Origin: Octopus vulgaris | Taxonomy: Eukaryota | DNA length: 64,000 bases | Direction: 5' to 3' | Assembly: GCA_951406725.2 (NCBI GenBank) | Contig: OX597821.1 | Span: 64,666,001-64,730,000, forward strand | In this document: positions 1 to 14,084 of the stretch, piece by piece | How the letters are laid out: each line of letters begins with the position of its first letter | Position numbering within the stretch: position 1 is the stretch's first letter | Made by a program: the position numbers and the translations under genes | Notes under the pieces: generated by a model | What the model saw: the letters and a program-made list of their open reading frames with translations, nothing else | What the model was told of the DNA's origin: nothing | Databases searched by the model: none

Positions 1-826
1 TTGTTGTGGTTGATATTTTGTTCCATGGCATCAATGAACAAGCTATATTTATGGTGAAATACATTCCTCAATTGGCCATCATTTAATCTTAGAAGCAAAC
101 CAGGAAAACATTATTTATTGTAACTTTTTTTTAAACTGCGGGATGTGATTGAGGAAGTTTTGCGGCTACTACTTCGAACAATTGATTATATGCAGTTTTC
201 CCCTAGCGTTTGTTATTTAAATGGTAAATTTATTTTGCAAAAATAATGATACATTCATTTTCTGCAGTTTCGGCATTGGTCTGCAGATTTAATTACAATA
301 TATAATTATCTCTTTGATTACACATAAATATCCGAATCGTTGGGTTTTCCACACTTTAAGCCAAATGAACTGGCAGAAATTTACTTTGCATCTACATTGC
401 AGCGGTTGTTGTCACCGACATAGACGAACACAAATTCCTTGGATTCCTGGTGTTAAATTATTTAACCGGGACTGATCTACATAATTGTTTTAGATTTTGA
501 ATATAGAATTTCGTGGAAATAAGGTAGAGGCACAAATAAATATTAATTTCTAAATTATGCACACAGCCAAGCAATGTTGGAGAAATAGTATTTTCGATTA
601 AATCCACGTCACTATTTCCTATTATTTACTGCTACTAGAATGTTGAAATGAAAATTTAGCCTCGTCGGAAATTGAGCGCAAAATATATTAAATACGAAAA
701 TCTAAGCAGTAGGTAACCCATCACCCTCAGTAGAAAGTTAATCTAATCTAATCTAGGACATGCCAGGTATTTATTTTATCAAATTTTAGATGATGAAGTG
801 GAAAGTTGGATTTGAATGCAATACAC

Positions 827-1040
827 ATTTCTTTCTACTATATGCACAAGGCCTGAAATTTTAGGGGAGGGGGCTAGTCGATTAGATAGACCCCAGTACG
901 CAACTGGTACTTAATTTATCGACCCCGAAAGGGATGAAAGGCAAAGTCGACCTCGGCGGAATTTGAACTCAGAACATAAGGACAGATGAAATACCGCTAA
1001 GCATTTCTCCCGGTTTGTTGACGATTTTGCCAGCTCGCCG
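827..1040 (-). mobile_element. tRNA-derived SINE (octopus OK-like family)
   Basis: Reverse strand has an A-box-like GGCGAGCTGGCAAAATCG head, B-box GAGTTCAAATTCC and core GGTCGACTTTGCCTTTCATCCCTTTCGGGGTCGATAAA. Homologous copies at 3471, 3936, 6573 and 39201. Confidence 0.85.
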
Positions 1041-1206
1041 ACTTGAATGCAATACATAATGAAACATGACTTTGTATTGCTAGGCATAAATACCGACGTT
1101 TTATCCATTCTAATAAGCGTGATTCTGCCAAACGGTAATATACCGACAGGAGAAAATAAGAGAAAAATAAGGGGTATAAAAGGTTTAATAAAGAAGAGTG
1201 TATAAA

Positions 1207-3067
1207 GAAGAGTGTGGTAAGAAGCTTGCTTCCTGCGCATGCGTTGGTCAGTGTGTTCTTTGCACTGCTAGGAGTCACATCGCTGTACACTAACGTCGTG
1301 AATTATTGAACAAGGGAAGCACAACTACAAGGTAAGGCATTTGTTTTTTGAGGATTCAGCTCTTGTTTATTTATTTTTGTCGAACAAGAAATCTCCACTG
1401 AGTTCCTGGCAAACTGTCTGCTGGTAGTTGTGTTTAAAGTTTCACTTAGCGGTAACAAGTGTGTTTTGGGGGCGTATCCCTCCTACTATAATTGTGCTTA
1501 TTGTTTTTATCATTTTTTTGTGAAATTGTTGTGTGACAGTTTTGTGCCCTTACCAAGAGGATTACCGAGTTGGCTAAGAGTACCAGGACAGCCAGAATAG
1601 CTTGCTGTGTTTTGGAAATGTTTCTTGTCTTCTTACTTCCTTCCTGCATTTTTGTTTCTGTGAACTTTTGTTTTTTGTGAACTTTTTTCCAAAAAGAAAT
1701 GGTAAAGGAGACAAACAACACTGCGTTGGAGTGGGAGATTGTCCCACCCAAACAGTAGATGAAAGAATTTGAAGAGAGGACGGTGGTGTTGAGGACTTAC
1801 TCAAAGTCGCTCAACACCATTGCCCTCTTTCAAATGACTCAAATTGAAAAAGAGTTGGCAGAATATTTGCCTACTATTAAATTCATCTCCAGTGGAGTCA
1901 AACATGCAACGGTGTGGTTGTTATTTGACACCCCTGAGGAGGCTCGCAAATTTGAGAACCAGCCCTTAGAAGGCAAGGAGATTTTGTTTCTTCCCACGTA
2001 TGGTAGGGAAGAAGTTGACAACAGTTTGAGTCTGCGGGTTGCCACCCGGCATAGATTCCAGCGTCTGATTGGATTGGGTCCAAAGCTTTTTTTGACCTTG
2101 TGGACCCAATCAGCCAAGAATCTGGTTTTTCCAGATCTTTTGAAATGGCCAGTTGCAGGTTCCCGGCTATTCTTGAGGGACGCTCCCCCAAGTGTCTTTT
2201 GTGCCTGGAACTGGGCCACATCAAAAAGAACTGCCACCAGGACCAGAGTAATGTCCTGGAACATCTGGTTGTGGAAGAGCCCCCTCCTCCTCCGGAGGGA
2301 GAGATGGAGGTGGAGACCGCCCCGGAAAAAAAGAGGAAAAAAGGAAGAAGGTAGGCAACAGTGGTTGCCCATAGAACGACCCTAAAGCTGCGGGAAGGAG
2401 TGATGGTCCTCAGGTTAAAGCGAAAGAAACACCCACTCCCGTATCATAGACAAGAAAAAAGAAGAAAAAGAATGGGACAGTGCCGGCGGTTAGCAGTACA
2501 CTGCCGGCATGTCCCGAAATCTCATCGGTGGGAATTATGCCACGACGGAAAAAACTGTAGCCCCTCCCAGTGTAATAAATGAGGTGCCGTAGAGAACTAT
2601 GTGAGGAATCTTGAAGGTCGGGAAAAGGCGGTCTTGACTTGCAGTGATAGCCCGGATTGGCCTCCGCAGGTAGCTGCGTAGGTCATGGAAGAAAATTATT
2701 TCTACGGGTTGATGTATTCCTTTACTAAGGAAGAATATAATTATCTTTTATGGGACCCCGGCTTGCGACTGCAAGCTTGCCTGCAGGCGGCAAGAGACTT
2801 AATTGGGGAGGCAGAGTAAGATGTCTTAGTGCCTCGATTCGAACTTGGAGATTGGCAAGAGGTTTAGCGCCTCAATTTGTAATTAGTGTAAGATGTTCAA
2901 CACCTCATTTTTTTAAAGAACACTGTTGTTATGGGGAAGTAACCATCGGCGGGCGTTGTCTGCTTCTCTCACCAACCATCTTTTTCATTCATCATCATCA
3001 TTGTGTCTGTGTCCAGCCAGCAAAGCTTCATCTGTATGTTGCCTTTATGGCAAATGTAATGAAATAG
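1207..3067 (+). mobile_element. ORF1-only (HAL1-like) non-autonomous L1/Tx1-type retroelement, copy 1
   Basis: Flanked by a 15-bp TSD AGAAGAGTGTATAAA (1192-1206, 3068-3082). Contains a disrupted ORF1 with a CX2CX4HX4C knuckle. ORF and 3' end are homologous to 28912-30670. No RT or endonuclease sequence seen. Confidence 0.75.
1699..2815 (+). pseudogene. Disrupted LINE ORF1-like protein (RRM-like region, zinc knuckle, charged linker, C-terminal domain)
   Basis: ATG at 1699 with in-frame TAG at 1756; then ERTVVLRTYSKSLNT...ATVWLLFD; after a frameshift, ILEGRSPKCLLCLELGHIKKNC. 3' end approximate. Confidence 0.7.
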
Positions 3068-3470
3068 AGAAGAGTGTATAAACGAGGTATTCAAAGAACT
3101 TTATTGGAGACACAGACATAAGTGAAAGCAGAGTTCCAAAATAATGGTAAGATCTATTTTTTTCAACATGAAACTATTATTTAGCTAATTTTCAGTCTCG
3201 AATGAGAAATGTGTTCTGTCTGTGAATATCCATCACTTTGTTGTGCATTGCATATCTTGAATTGTATTGCTCTCTTTAGAAGACAAGTGATTTCGTTGAT
3301 ATTCTGAGCAGGTCGAAAAGAAACAAAAACTTCTAAATTCCTTTAACGTTTGATGGAAGTAATATTGTGGCTAATAGAACAGCTCAGCTCCTTTAGGTTG
3401 GTTGATGCGCATTTGAAGGCATTCAAAATTTTGTGCAAAATATATTGGTAAAAATAGTAACACTCACATA

Positions 3471-3685
3471 ATCTTTTCTGCTCTAGGGACATGGCCCGAA
3501 ATTTTGGGGGAAGGGGGCCAGTCGATTAGATCGACCCCAATTCGCTATTGGTTCTTAGTTTATCGACCCCGAAAGGATGAAAGGCAAAGTCAACCTCGGC
3601 GTAATTTGAACGCAGAACGTAAAGACAGACGAATTACTGCTAAGTATTTCGCCCGGTGTGCTAACGTTTCTGCCAGCTCACTGCC
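3471..3685 (-). mobile_element. OK-like tRNA-derived SINE
   Basis: Same head, core and tail as 827-1040. Confidence 0.85.
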
Positions 3686-3935
3686 TTGTAACTCTCGTAG
3701 AATGAATGAAAAGACATACATTCTTCCAACCTACGGGGATCGAAATTTATGATGATATAGCGAGAAATGTAGAAACAGAATTACTACAATGACAGAGACA
3801 TTGACAAGAGTAAATATCATTTCTTTATTCACCGCACGGGCGACAACTGAGAGGACATAACATAGAAAATGCAAAAAGGCAGGGATTACGTAGAATGAAG
3901 ATGTAGAAGTTTTCATGAAAATCGACAATACGAAA

Positions 3936-4340
3936 GGCGAGCTAGCAGAAACGTTAGCACGCTGGGTGAAATGCCTAGTGGTATTTCGTTTGCCGTTACG
4001 TTCTGAGTTCAAATTCCGCCGAAGTCGTCTTTGCCTTTCATCCTTTCGGGGTCGATAAATTAAGTACCAGTTACGCACTGGGGTCGATGTAATCGACTTA
4101 ATCCGTGTGTCTGTCCTTGTTTGTCACCTCTGTGTTTATCCCCTTGTGGGTAGTAAAGAAATAGGTATTTCGTCTGCCGTTACGTTGTGAGTTCAAATTC
4201 CGCCGAGGTTGACTTCGCCTTTCATCCTTTCTGGGTCGATAAATTAAGTACCAGTTAGGTACTGGGGTCGATGTAATCGACTTAATGTATTTGTTTGTCC
4301 AATCTATGTTTAGCCCCTTGTGGGCAATAAAGAAATAAGA
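3936..4340 (+). mobile_element. OK-like SINE dimer (head plus two 184-bp units) with Tx1-like tail
   Basis: GGTATTTCG unit start at 3980 and 4164; each unit ends in CCCCTTGTGGG(T/C)A(G/A)TAAAGAAATA. Confidence 0.85.
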
Positions 4341-5937
4341 ATGCGAAAGGAAACATCCAATCATCGAGTTGTCAGTGAACCCTATTTGACTCTAATTGTG
4401 GTCTCAGATCATTTGATAGGTAAAGGCTGATTCGCGAAGAATAAAACTTACCATTTACACCTAACCTTCATCACATTCACGGAATACAATATGTATTTAC
4501 CATTTTGGTCTCCTACTGTTTACGAATCCTTTAATTAGTGGTAACTAGTATTGGATGCTTATAATTTAAACCTATCTCCTACGTACATCACAGATGTGGG
4601 ATCTGCATAGTTGACTGGAAACTACTCGCTTGGTTCCCAGCATGTGAAACCTACAGAGACTGGATTAGCATTTTAGTTAAGAAACATTTGACAGGTTCAG
4701 TCGTCAACAAGCAGTGTAATAGCGCTCCGAAGAGTGAGATAAGAATAGAATAATTATGTTTCAGTAAAGAAATAGCGATGGAGAAAAATAGATTAGAGGG
4801 GAAATAGTCACTTAATTAGAAAAGGTGATGAGGGAAAACACCGCGACCAACTTACTATAGGCAAAATTGCCCTTAATTATTTCCTAAACGCGAAACACTA
4901 AGTGACAAGAGCTCGGGAACATATTTGAGCAGATATAAGATGCGTAACCATAGCAAGGCCTGGGCACGCATCCGGAAGGTATTGAAGTCCTCTTCAAAAC
5001 CAAACGCCTCACGCTAAAGTACGCCATAGTTCTGATCAGTATATTGAACGAGAAAGACCTATGGCGTTAAGATGGAGAGGGTTCCACTAAGAGTGTATAT
5101 TTGGCGGATAGTGTTGTATTGACTAGGTGGAAGTGGACCATCCTCTACGTGAAACGATCTGAGAGAGAGATTCGGTTTAGAATACGCTGGATATCTTCCT
5201 ACTGAGCAAACTGGAGCATCGGAAAGAGGTCGCCTCGTCGCTGAACTCATCTACCTGTCCACTTAAAATGGCCTGAATATTGCAGCTGGAGTAAAGAGCC
5301 ATGATGTCATTTTTTGTGGTGGTGAAAACAACTTAAGAGTCCTCTGCTATCAGAAGAAAACGGGTAATCTCTACCTCCCATGCTGTTTACACCACAAACC
5401 CAAATCCTCAGCAACGTTCAGTAGCAGCAGTATTAGCAGCTGCAGCAGTAACGAAGGCAACAAGAACCACAGCAGCAGTACCAACACCACCAACAACAGC
5501 ATCATTAACACAAACAACTGCAGCTGCGTTAACAGGAACGAAAGCAGTACCGACAGCAACAGCGGCAGCTAGATCAGTAACAGTAACCACGACACTAACA
5601 ACATAATAAAAATCCGCCATCAAAGTAAACCTCCAACCCAACACCCTCTTACTCTCCCTCTCTCTCTCTCACTCTCGCTCTCTCTCTCTCCTTCAAATAT
5701 AAACATACGCATTGAAACGTACGAAAACATTCCCTCACCTTTTTTGCGCATCCGTTCTTTCAGACATGGATGCCACATCTTGCGTGGAGGAAGGACAAGC
5801 AAATAAGTGATACTTTTCGAAATAGCCAGGCACTTTATAAATGGATCACATTTAAGCAAGTAAGTACAGATTCTAGAACCACTTCTGCAGAAACAGGAGT
5901 TTTCAAGGAGCATTATGAGAGAATTATATGCAGAAGA

Positions 5938-6170
5938 TCCTTGTTTCCAGAGGTGAATTATTCAAACCCCAAAGAATCCCTCTCAACACATGGCTATGAT
6001 GCTCCCCAACTACTTCTGCTCGTGATCAGAGATGCACATATAGTCAGCCACTAAGGGACATGCTCAACTGGTTAAGATCAAACAACTGACAAGCAAATCT
6101 GTGGTATTGAGCAGAATATTTGCTGTAGCCCATCTTTTATACCAAGACAAAACAATGTACATGATAACAC

Positions 6171-6172
<2 letters not shown>
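5938..6172. repeat. Unclassified dispersed repeat abutting (ATT)n
   Basis: Homologous to ~37748-37972 (GTGAATTATTC...CAACACATGGCTATGAT...ATACCAAGACAAA...ATGTACATGATA). Confidence 0.7.
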
Positions 6173-6261
<89 letters not shown>

Positions 6262-6500
6262 CTTTCATCATCATCTTCTAATTCTGTTTCTCTTTCTTGC
6301 CGAGTGCCCTTCTGACACGTAGGGCAGAGACACGAACTATATACATTTCTAGGCCATTCAAATAAACACACCAGATTGTTCATTTACAAAGTCACGTGAT
6401 AATAAAGGCGAAGAAATACAGAGAAAAACAAAAATATTGGATATAAAATTAAAGCAAGAATATTAAGAGCATAAAAAGAAAGAAAATTCACAATACTCTT

Positions 6501-6573
<73 letters not shown>

Positions 6574-6790
6574 GGCGGTGAGCTAACAGAATCGTTAGCA
6601 TGCCGGGAGAAATGGTGATCGGCATTTCGTTTGTCTTTACATCTTGAGTTCAAATTCTACCGAGGCTGACTTTGGTTTTCATACTTTCAGGATCGATGAA
6701 ATAACTACCAGCTGAGTACTGGGGTCGATATAGACATACGCCCTTCCGCAACATTTAGGCTTTGTGCATACAGTAGAAAGGATTATTATA

Positions 6791-6872
<82 letters not shown>

Positions 6873-7374
6873 TTGTTGTTGTTGTTATTTTCATATTGTA
6901 GTTGTTTTTTTATTATTTTTAATACTATTATTATTTTAATATTCTTGTAGTTGCTTTTCTTGTTGTTACCATCATCATTTGCATCGTCATCATAATCATC
7001 ATCATCATCATCATTATCTTCATCATCATCATCTCTATCTTCATCCTCCTCCTCCTCATCATCATCATCATAATCATTTTCATCTTCATCATCAATATCG
7101 TCATCATCCTAGTACGTATCGATTTTATCGACTTGCATGTAATTAAAACGAATTCGAGTATCATTTCTTTGTATACCCAGCTATTTGTTTACGCAATGAA
7201 TGTGAAGCCATTAAAAGTAGAATATGATATTTGTCATAATCATTTCAGACATTTTTAAAGACGCCATTAATTTCGAGAAAGTTTGAAAAGGAAACTTTCA
7301 CATTAATCTGAAATTGTTTTGTATTGAATATTACTCCAATATTTTCTAAAACTTTATTGCTATTGTCGATTACA

Positions 7375-7406
<32 letters not shown>

Positions 7407-7435
7407 CATCATCATTATTATTATTATTATTATTA

Positions 7436-7472
<37 letters not shown>

Positions 7473-7479
7473 CACATTA

Positions 7480-7550
<71 letters not shown>

Positions 7551-7551
7551 T
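6172..7551. repeat. Cluster of (ATT)n, (CAT)n and (AGT)n microsatellites with an embedded SINE
   Basis: Runs visible at ~6172-6275, 6504-6572, 6782-6890, 6970-7110 and 7374-7551. Confidence 0.95.
6573..6783 (+). mobile_element. OK-like SINE inserted in (ATT)n
   Basis: GGCGGTGAGCTAACAGAATCGTTAGC head, GAGTTCAAATTC B-box, core, and tail CAGTAGAAAGGAT. Confidence 0.8.
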
Positions 7552-8149
7552 CAATAAACCAATTCACCGTCTCCACTAGTATTCTACTATTGTATAACGG
7601 TTTCAGGCTTTTAGCCATATTTCTGCATAATTCCTACCTTTGGACCTCTGTGGTTTATATACTGCTCATAATTGTCAAAATATTGTTGGTATTTTTATCA
7701 TTTATTATTTTTATTTTAAATTTTTATATCTATATATATATTTTTTTAACGGTCTGAGAAGCAACAAGATTTTGATTGCAATTCCTTCTGTTTGTGACAA
7801 ATGTAACTCTACGTGATTAATCAACTCTAGCTTAAATATATACAGTCTATCAAATGTAAAATAAATGATAGGGAAAAAAATAAATAAATAAACAGGAAAT
7901 AATATAGTGATAAAAATTAACAGAAAAAATAACTTGCGCAAGATGAATAAAAATTTATGTAAAAAATATAAAAAATAATGTAAATAGATAAAATAAAATA
8001 AAATAATATAAATGATTAGAATTTCTAGTCTCATTGTCACGCATATTTTCCTTGTTGGATGTGCAGTGCCTATGGGAATGTCACTCCATAAAAGTTGGCC
8101 AATGATTAATCAAAGTAGTTTTTCGAGAAAAGTTTAAAACAAAAAAAAA

Positions 8150-8745
8150 AACACCCCCCCACACACAAACACATACACACAAATCCGTGCGTATAGATAT
8201 ACATACAGGCACGCAAACATGTTTATACATGTATATACGTCTGTGTGAGTGTGTGTTTGTCTGTGTATGCGTATAATTAAAAGAATTTTCATGTGCATAA
8301 GTGTAAAGGTAAATTTAAATGTGTAAGTAGGCACATGCACGAATATATATATATAATATATATATATAAAAGTACGTATGTATATATATACATATATATA
8401 CACACACTTATATGTATGTGCATATATGTCTGTATATATATATATATATGTATATATTATATATATACACAAACATAATCGTATATATATAAATACATAT
8501 ATACAAATAGATACACATACATCTATATGCATGGATACACATATACATACATGCCTGCATATATACATACACACACACATGCGTATGTGTTTGTTTGTGT
8601 GCATGTGTGTGTACAGTAAATATACGACAAACTGTGCATACAGCTTCATTCACATGACGGCAACTACATACACTTATAAACGTGTAACTTCGTAAACATC
8701 TAAACAACTTTACAGACTGAAATATATATATATATATATATGTTC

Positions 8746-8789
<44 letters not shown>

Positions 8790-8867
8790 GTGTATATATA
8801 TATACACACACAAATACATACGCATGCGCACACAAACTCACGCACCCTCTCTCTCTCTCTCTGCATG

Positions 8868-8904
<37 letters not shown>

Positions 8905-9099
8905 TATTATATATAAATAAATATACATGTATATATCCAGATATCCATATATATATGTATGTATATACATGCAGATATATGTATACATACATACATACAC
9001 ACATACATACGTATAGTATATGTATGTATAAATCTGACGAAAACAGATATTTAGTCAGATGAAGATTAATAGAGAAACATTCATTGCTTCAAATTGTTT

Positions 9100-9174
<75 letters not shown>

Positions 9175-9766
9175 ACGCACATACAAACACGCGTGCGCAC
9201 GCATAGATAGTAACGTAGTCGCTTGCACATTCATGTACAGAATATATGTAAATGTCAGACTGGTACGAATACACTAATCAGCTCAGTTTCAGACATTGGT
9301 GTGGCATATTTATTCGCACAGCAATGATTAAACAGATACCTCATCTACTCACATAGAGATTCATGTTCGTAGACATATATACGTTGAAAAAAAAAAAAGA
9401 ACATAATTCCCAAAATATAGAAAACGCATCTGTAAGATATATAGAATCTCTTGCAGAAAGACAAAAATACTAAATTACATAATATAAAGATATAGAAGCA
9501 AAGCGAAAACCGAATACATTGTAGTCAAGATCACAGCATTATCTAAGTTCGCATTCACTCGCTTATACATACGTACATGCATACATACTTACATAGATAC
9601 ATTCACATATATACACACATATATATATATGTGTGTATATATGTGTATATATATATATATATAGTTGGAATTTGCTAAAAACAACACAAAACAAAAGACG
9701 TGTACGCATATCTATAATTATCGATATATCCATATATGTATGTATATAAATAGATATCATGTGTGT

Positions 9767-9801
<35 letters not shown>

Positions 9802-10230
9802 AACATGTATGTATATATACATACACATAACGTACATACATATATGTATATATGTATATGTGCGTGTGTTTATGTGTGTGTGTGTGTGCCTGTGTGTGTG
9901 TGTATGTGTCTGTGTGTGTATGTGTGTGTGCTAACGTGCGTGAATTTCTGCATGCACATATTATATTGAGTTTTACGCATGCATCAACATAAGCACGCAC
10001 ATTCAAAAAATCCTCACACAAAATCGATGATTTAAGCAACTTAATCAACAGTCTTATGCATACATACATACATACGTGCGTACATACATATATATATATG
10101 TATATATATATATATAAAGATGCTCTTGTACATCTCCCTCACTCACTCTATCTATCTTTCTCTCTCTCTCTATCTACCTATCCATATACACACATACACA
10201 CACACACATGCATGCGTATATGTGTGTCTG
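8150..10230. repeat. Degenerate (TA)n/(CA)n/(TG)n dinucleotide tracts
   Basis: Directly visible; these explain the Y/I/H/T/C/V-rich ORFs. Confidence 0.9.
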
Positions 10231-13200
10231 CATACGTAAATGTTTCTGTGGCCGCACACAGAACAGGTTACAAAAGTGAAATATGTAAAGAAAACTCATC
10301 TGAAACATTATTTCATGTTTTAAACAAGACTGAATAATTTTGTCATTTAATTATTTTTCTCTTGTCTTTTACTTCCCTTGAGCAATCTGATTCATTAACC
10401 GTTTGCTCGTTAATTCCTACTTCTCCTAATAAATGCAGTTAAGAAATCCATCTGAATAAACATTTACAGTTCTACTGAACTGAAATGATTTCATGCAAGT
10501 AGTTATTTTCTTTACTGCGTACACTGTCTATTTGTTTGGCATATATCTAATTGTTTTCGTAAAACCTTGAAGGCTGCTGAAGAACTCACAGAAATCGGAA
10601 TCTTTAAAAGTTGAAACACAAATTACCAACATCTAGTTTGAATCCTTACCTTCAGAGCAATTTCTAATTTTCATTTTAACTAAATTCCCTTAACCAACGT
10701 CAGGCCGTTCAATATATATCCCTTATATTTCTGGATAGTTTGCTCCATCGTTGTGCCTTTTCATAGGTCTTAAAAGAAGGTACCACTTTTCTTTACAGGA
10801 ATCCTATGATACTATGGCCGTTGCTGATTACGCTGACAGTATTCTAGAATACCTGGAGCATCGACAGAGGGACTGGCGGTGAGTATTCTAGATCTCTGCT
10901 CGCTCGATTTAAATTTTACCGAGCTTGGTTTATTCTTTCACTATTTTCGGAGTCGACAGAAATGTACCAATAAGCACAGTTGATAAGCTGAACTGTAAAA
11001 AGGTCCGACCTATATTCTCGCTGTGTTTTGAGAAAAATCTCATCATGGTCTACTTGGAGAGTAGTCTTAATTCGTTGTTCGTTTTAACGCCAACACATGA
11101 CTCTTTATTAAAAAGAAGCTTGGGCTCGGTTTCCATTTTGAAGATACTTTCGCTCTCACCAGTATCGAAGTTTCTGAGATACTGATCGCCGTTTTCATTA
11201 AAAAATAAAAAGAATCAACACATAGAATGTGTACAGTATTATGAAAATTCTCTCGCGTTTTTCAGCTATACGAAACTGGGGAGAAACCAGAATCAATCGA
11301 TTAAATCGAAAATTTAGTTAGCGCTTCATTTTCCTTCGATCCAGCAAAATGTAAAGCGAAGTGAATCTCGGCTGAATTTTAAGTATGTTATGCCTTAGAA
11401 TCAAAGTGTAACTGATGGAATAGTATTGCTTTAACATGAAATACACCTTAACCATCACCCTCATAGTAAATGTAGATACAGATCAGACATTTTTAGCATT
11501 TTTAATTCTAGGGGCTGTATTATAGAAATGTAGGATTGAATACGGAGGACACAAGGTTGTTGAATAAATGATTAAAATCATTTCCCCACCTGCGACAAAA
11601 CAACATCAGGTATGTTTATTGGTTCTAAACGTCATCAGTGGAAGTATAGAATTTTTAACAGTGTGGAACCGGTAGAAATTGAATCCACAATGAAATATTC
11701 TTTGATGTATGGAACAGTCAATGTAAATCTGATTTATGTTAGTTATCTACGGCTACAATGCATTTCTTGTACATTACAGTTCTAATCAGTCGGAGTTAAT
11801 TGTTGAGTTAATTGTCATAGCCATAGAAACATTGTAGTATTGTGGACTGAACAGTAACCGCTGGCGCCTTCGCCCATCTGGCTCTTTTGCCATAATCTTT
11901 CCCTCTATAAAATTTAAACCACAAGGTTTTGGTCATCCCGGAGGTATGTTAGAACATACCGCGTAGGAGAATTGTACCACACATGCATATATTCTAAGGA
12001 AATTCACTTAAATATGTATCTGTTGGTGTTGAAAATATATAATTCTGAAACAATTTCCACATGCTCAAGAATAGATAAGTGACTGTCAATATATTTCACT
12101 CATAAATTAGTCGTAGACTAGGCTTATGCTACATAGCACTAATCTTGTTAGTGGCGAGCATGTGTTATATAAACAACAATTATAGATGTTTCCGCCTTTA
12201 ATTCTAATAGCAGAAACTTTCAAAACAAATTTTACATGAAATTCTAAGATAAATTAGATATAAGAGGATGAATATTTTCGGGTCAATGCCGAACATCAAC
12301 TGTTGATGCTTACAAATCACAAATCAAATATGGAGGAGAATGGAGTAGAAAGGAAGAGAGTATCGAATGTTTGGTATACGGCAATATTATGAAAATCTGA
12401 TGTTCACTGTGCTATGTAAGATGGAATGCAATAACGAAAGATATAATACTGCTTTGAGAAGGGATAAAGTGTAGAAAGAAATTAGGAGATATATAGAGGT
12501 GAAAGAAAGTCCTGCATTTGTAGTCACGTTTTCCTTGAAGAAAGACTATTCGAAACGTTGTTATTTTTTCTAGTCTGCTTTTTTTTATTAAATAATACAG
12601 GTCATATCGTCGCAGACGAAGTCTGTCGGATCGCATGAATACAATTCCTTGGTAAATACTGCTATCTATCAATAGCGGTTCTTGTAGCCAATATATGAAA
12701 CGTATAACTATATTTTAGTTAATGCCTTGAAAATATAATAGCGGTCATTCGCCAAAATTCCGATAACATAGCACCCGATTGCTTTATGCTAGCAACTAAT
12801 CATTTAACGGTTTGTGAAATAGTAAAAATTTTCACTAAAAAGATGAACAGTTTACAACATCAGATAACGTGAAAGCATTTATGAGTAGAATGCAATGTAA
12901 TTCTTAAGGACAACAATAATATCTCAGCATTTAGAAGTGGCTCGTAAGCAGTAAAGGGTCGGCAAACAGAAGATCACTAAAAATATTTAAGGAGCACTAA
13001 ATAAATTATTTCTGGGTAGAGTAAGGTAATGATATTTTCCAGTAAATGTATTTTAGGGAGATTGATCGAATGGATTTATAACGACAAGCAATATTCTTAA
13101 AGCAGATACATATCTTTGATCTTTAAACAATATTTTATTTCTTATGTGTCAACACAGAATAAGGACTACTGCAACAGGTACATCAATCTTCTTTGGCTAA

Positions 13201-14012
13201 ACCCGTTCGAGCTCCGTTGAATAATGGTCAATACGAGAAACATTATCGCTATATCATTTCATTATATTTTAAAAGGTAAACATGCAGGTGGTTAAGTGCA
13301 ATATACCATAATATGATATTTATTCACTCACTGGTAATTGAAATATCTCCATTTCAAATTGAACCCATTGTTTCCATGTGTTTGACTTAAAACCCATCAA
13401 AGATGTTATGAAATTAATCTATATGTTCTAAATTACTCTGTGTTGATGTTGAAATTTCAAGACGAAGACAGGTGTTTGGACAAGAAGCAAGTGTACTAGT
13501 TTCATGCTCGAGAAGAATGAAAAAGTATTTTACATTTCGGGCCTACAATCTTCAAAAGAAAGGAATAAGAGAGTATAAGCAGAGAGAGAATGAAAAAAAC
13601 TTGGAGATTTCAGCGGTCCAGCTTGGTCCTGACTGAACTTCTTAATCTTTGGACTTGCATATCTGAGCAACTTCCTGAGGTTTCAGCACGTCACCTCATC
13701 TACATACCAGCACTCCATCCGGATTACTACAGGATCTACTGACTCTACCTTCACGGATTTCACTGTAATTGTTCGTTTATAGATATCGTTCCTATTATGC
13801 AAAATTCTCGTAAGTCCAATACGCTGATTTTTCAGGTTGAAGTAATAGTTCTGCAATGTGACTTTTCGTTTTGTAGAAAGAAAAGCAGCCAGACAGAGGA
13901 AATATCTTCATTTATATAGAAGTTCAAAAATAAAATCACAAATGGCAAAAAGAGAGACGAACACGTAATCCAGCGAGAAAAGTATTAAAAATAACCGTTA
14001 ACAAATATGGAT

Positions 14013-14075
<63 letters not shown>

Positions 14076-14084
14076 GTGTGTGTA

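Noticed and set aside
4380-5360. Possible decayed Gypsy gag/protease on the minus strand
   Set aside because: Only vague peptide resemblance; no LTRs or diagnostic motif could be verified.
5371-10337. Many ORFs rich in poly-I/L/Y/H/N or YI/HT/CV
   Set aside because: They are translations of microsatellites; the same applies at 26.9-27.8, 36.4-36.9, 48-50, 53.5 and 55.5-64 kb.
13528-13557. HHR-like UUGAAGA...GAAAUGUA on the minus strand
   Set aside because: The core and stem II are too degenerate to support a call.
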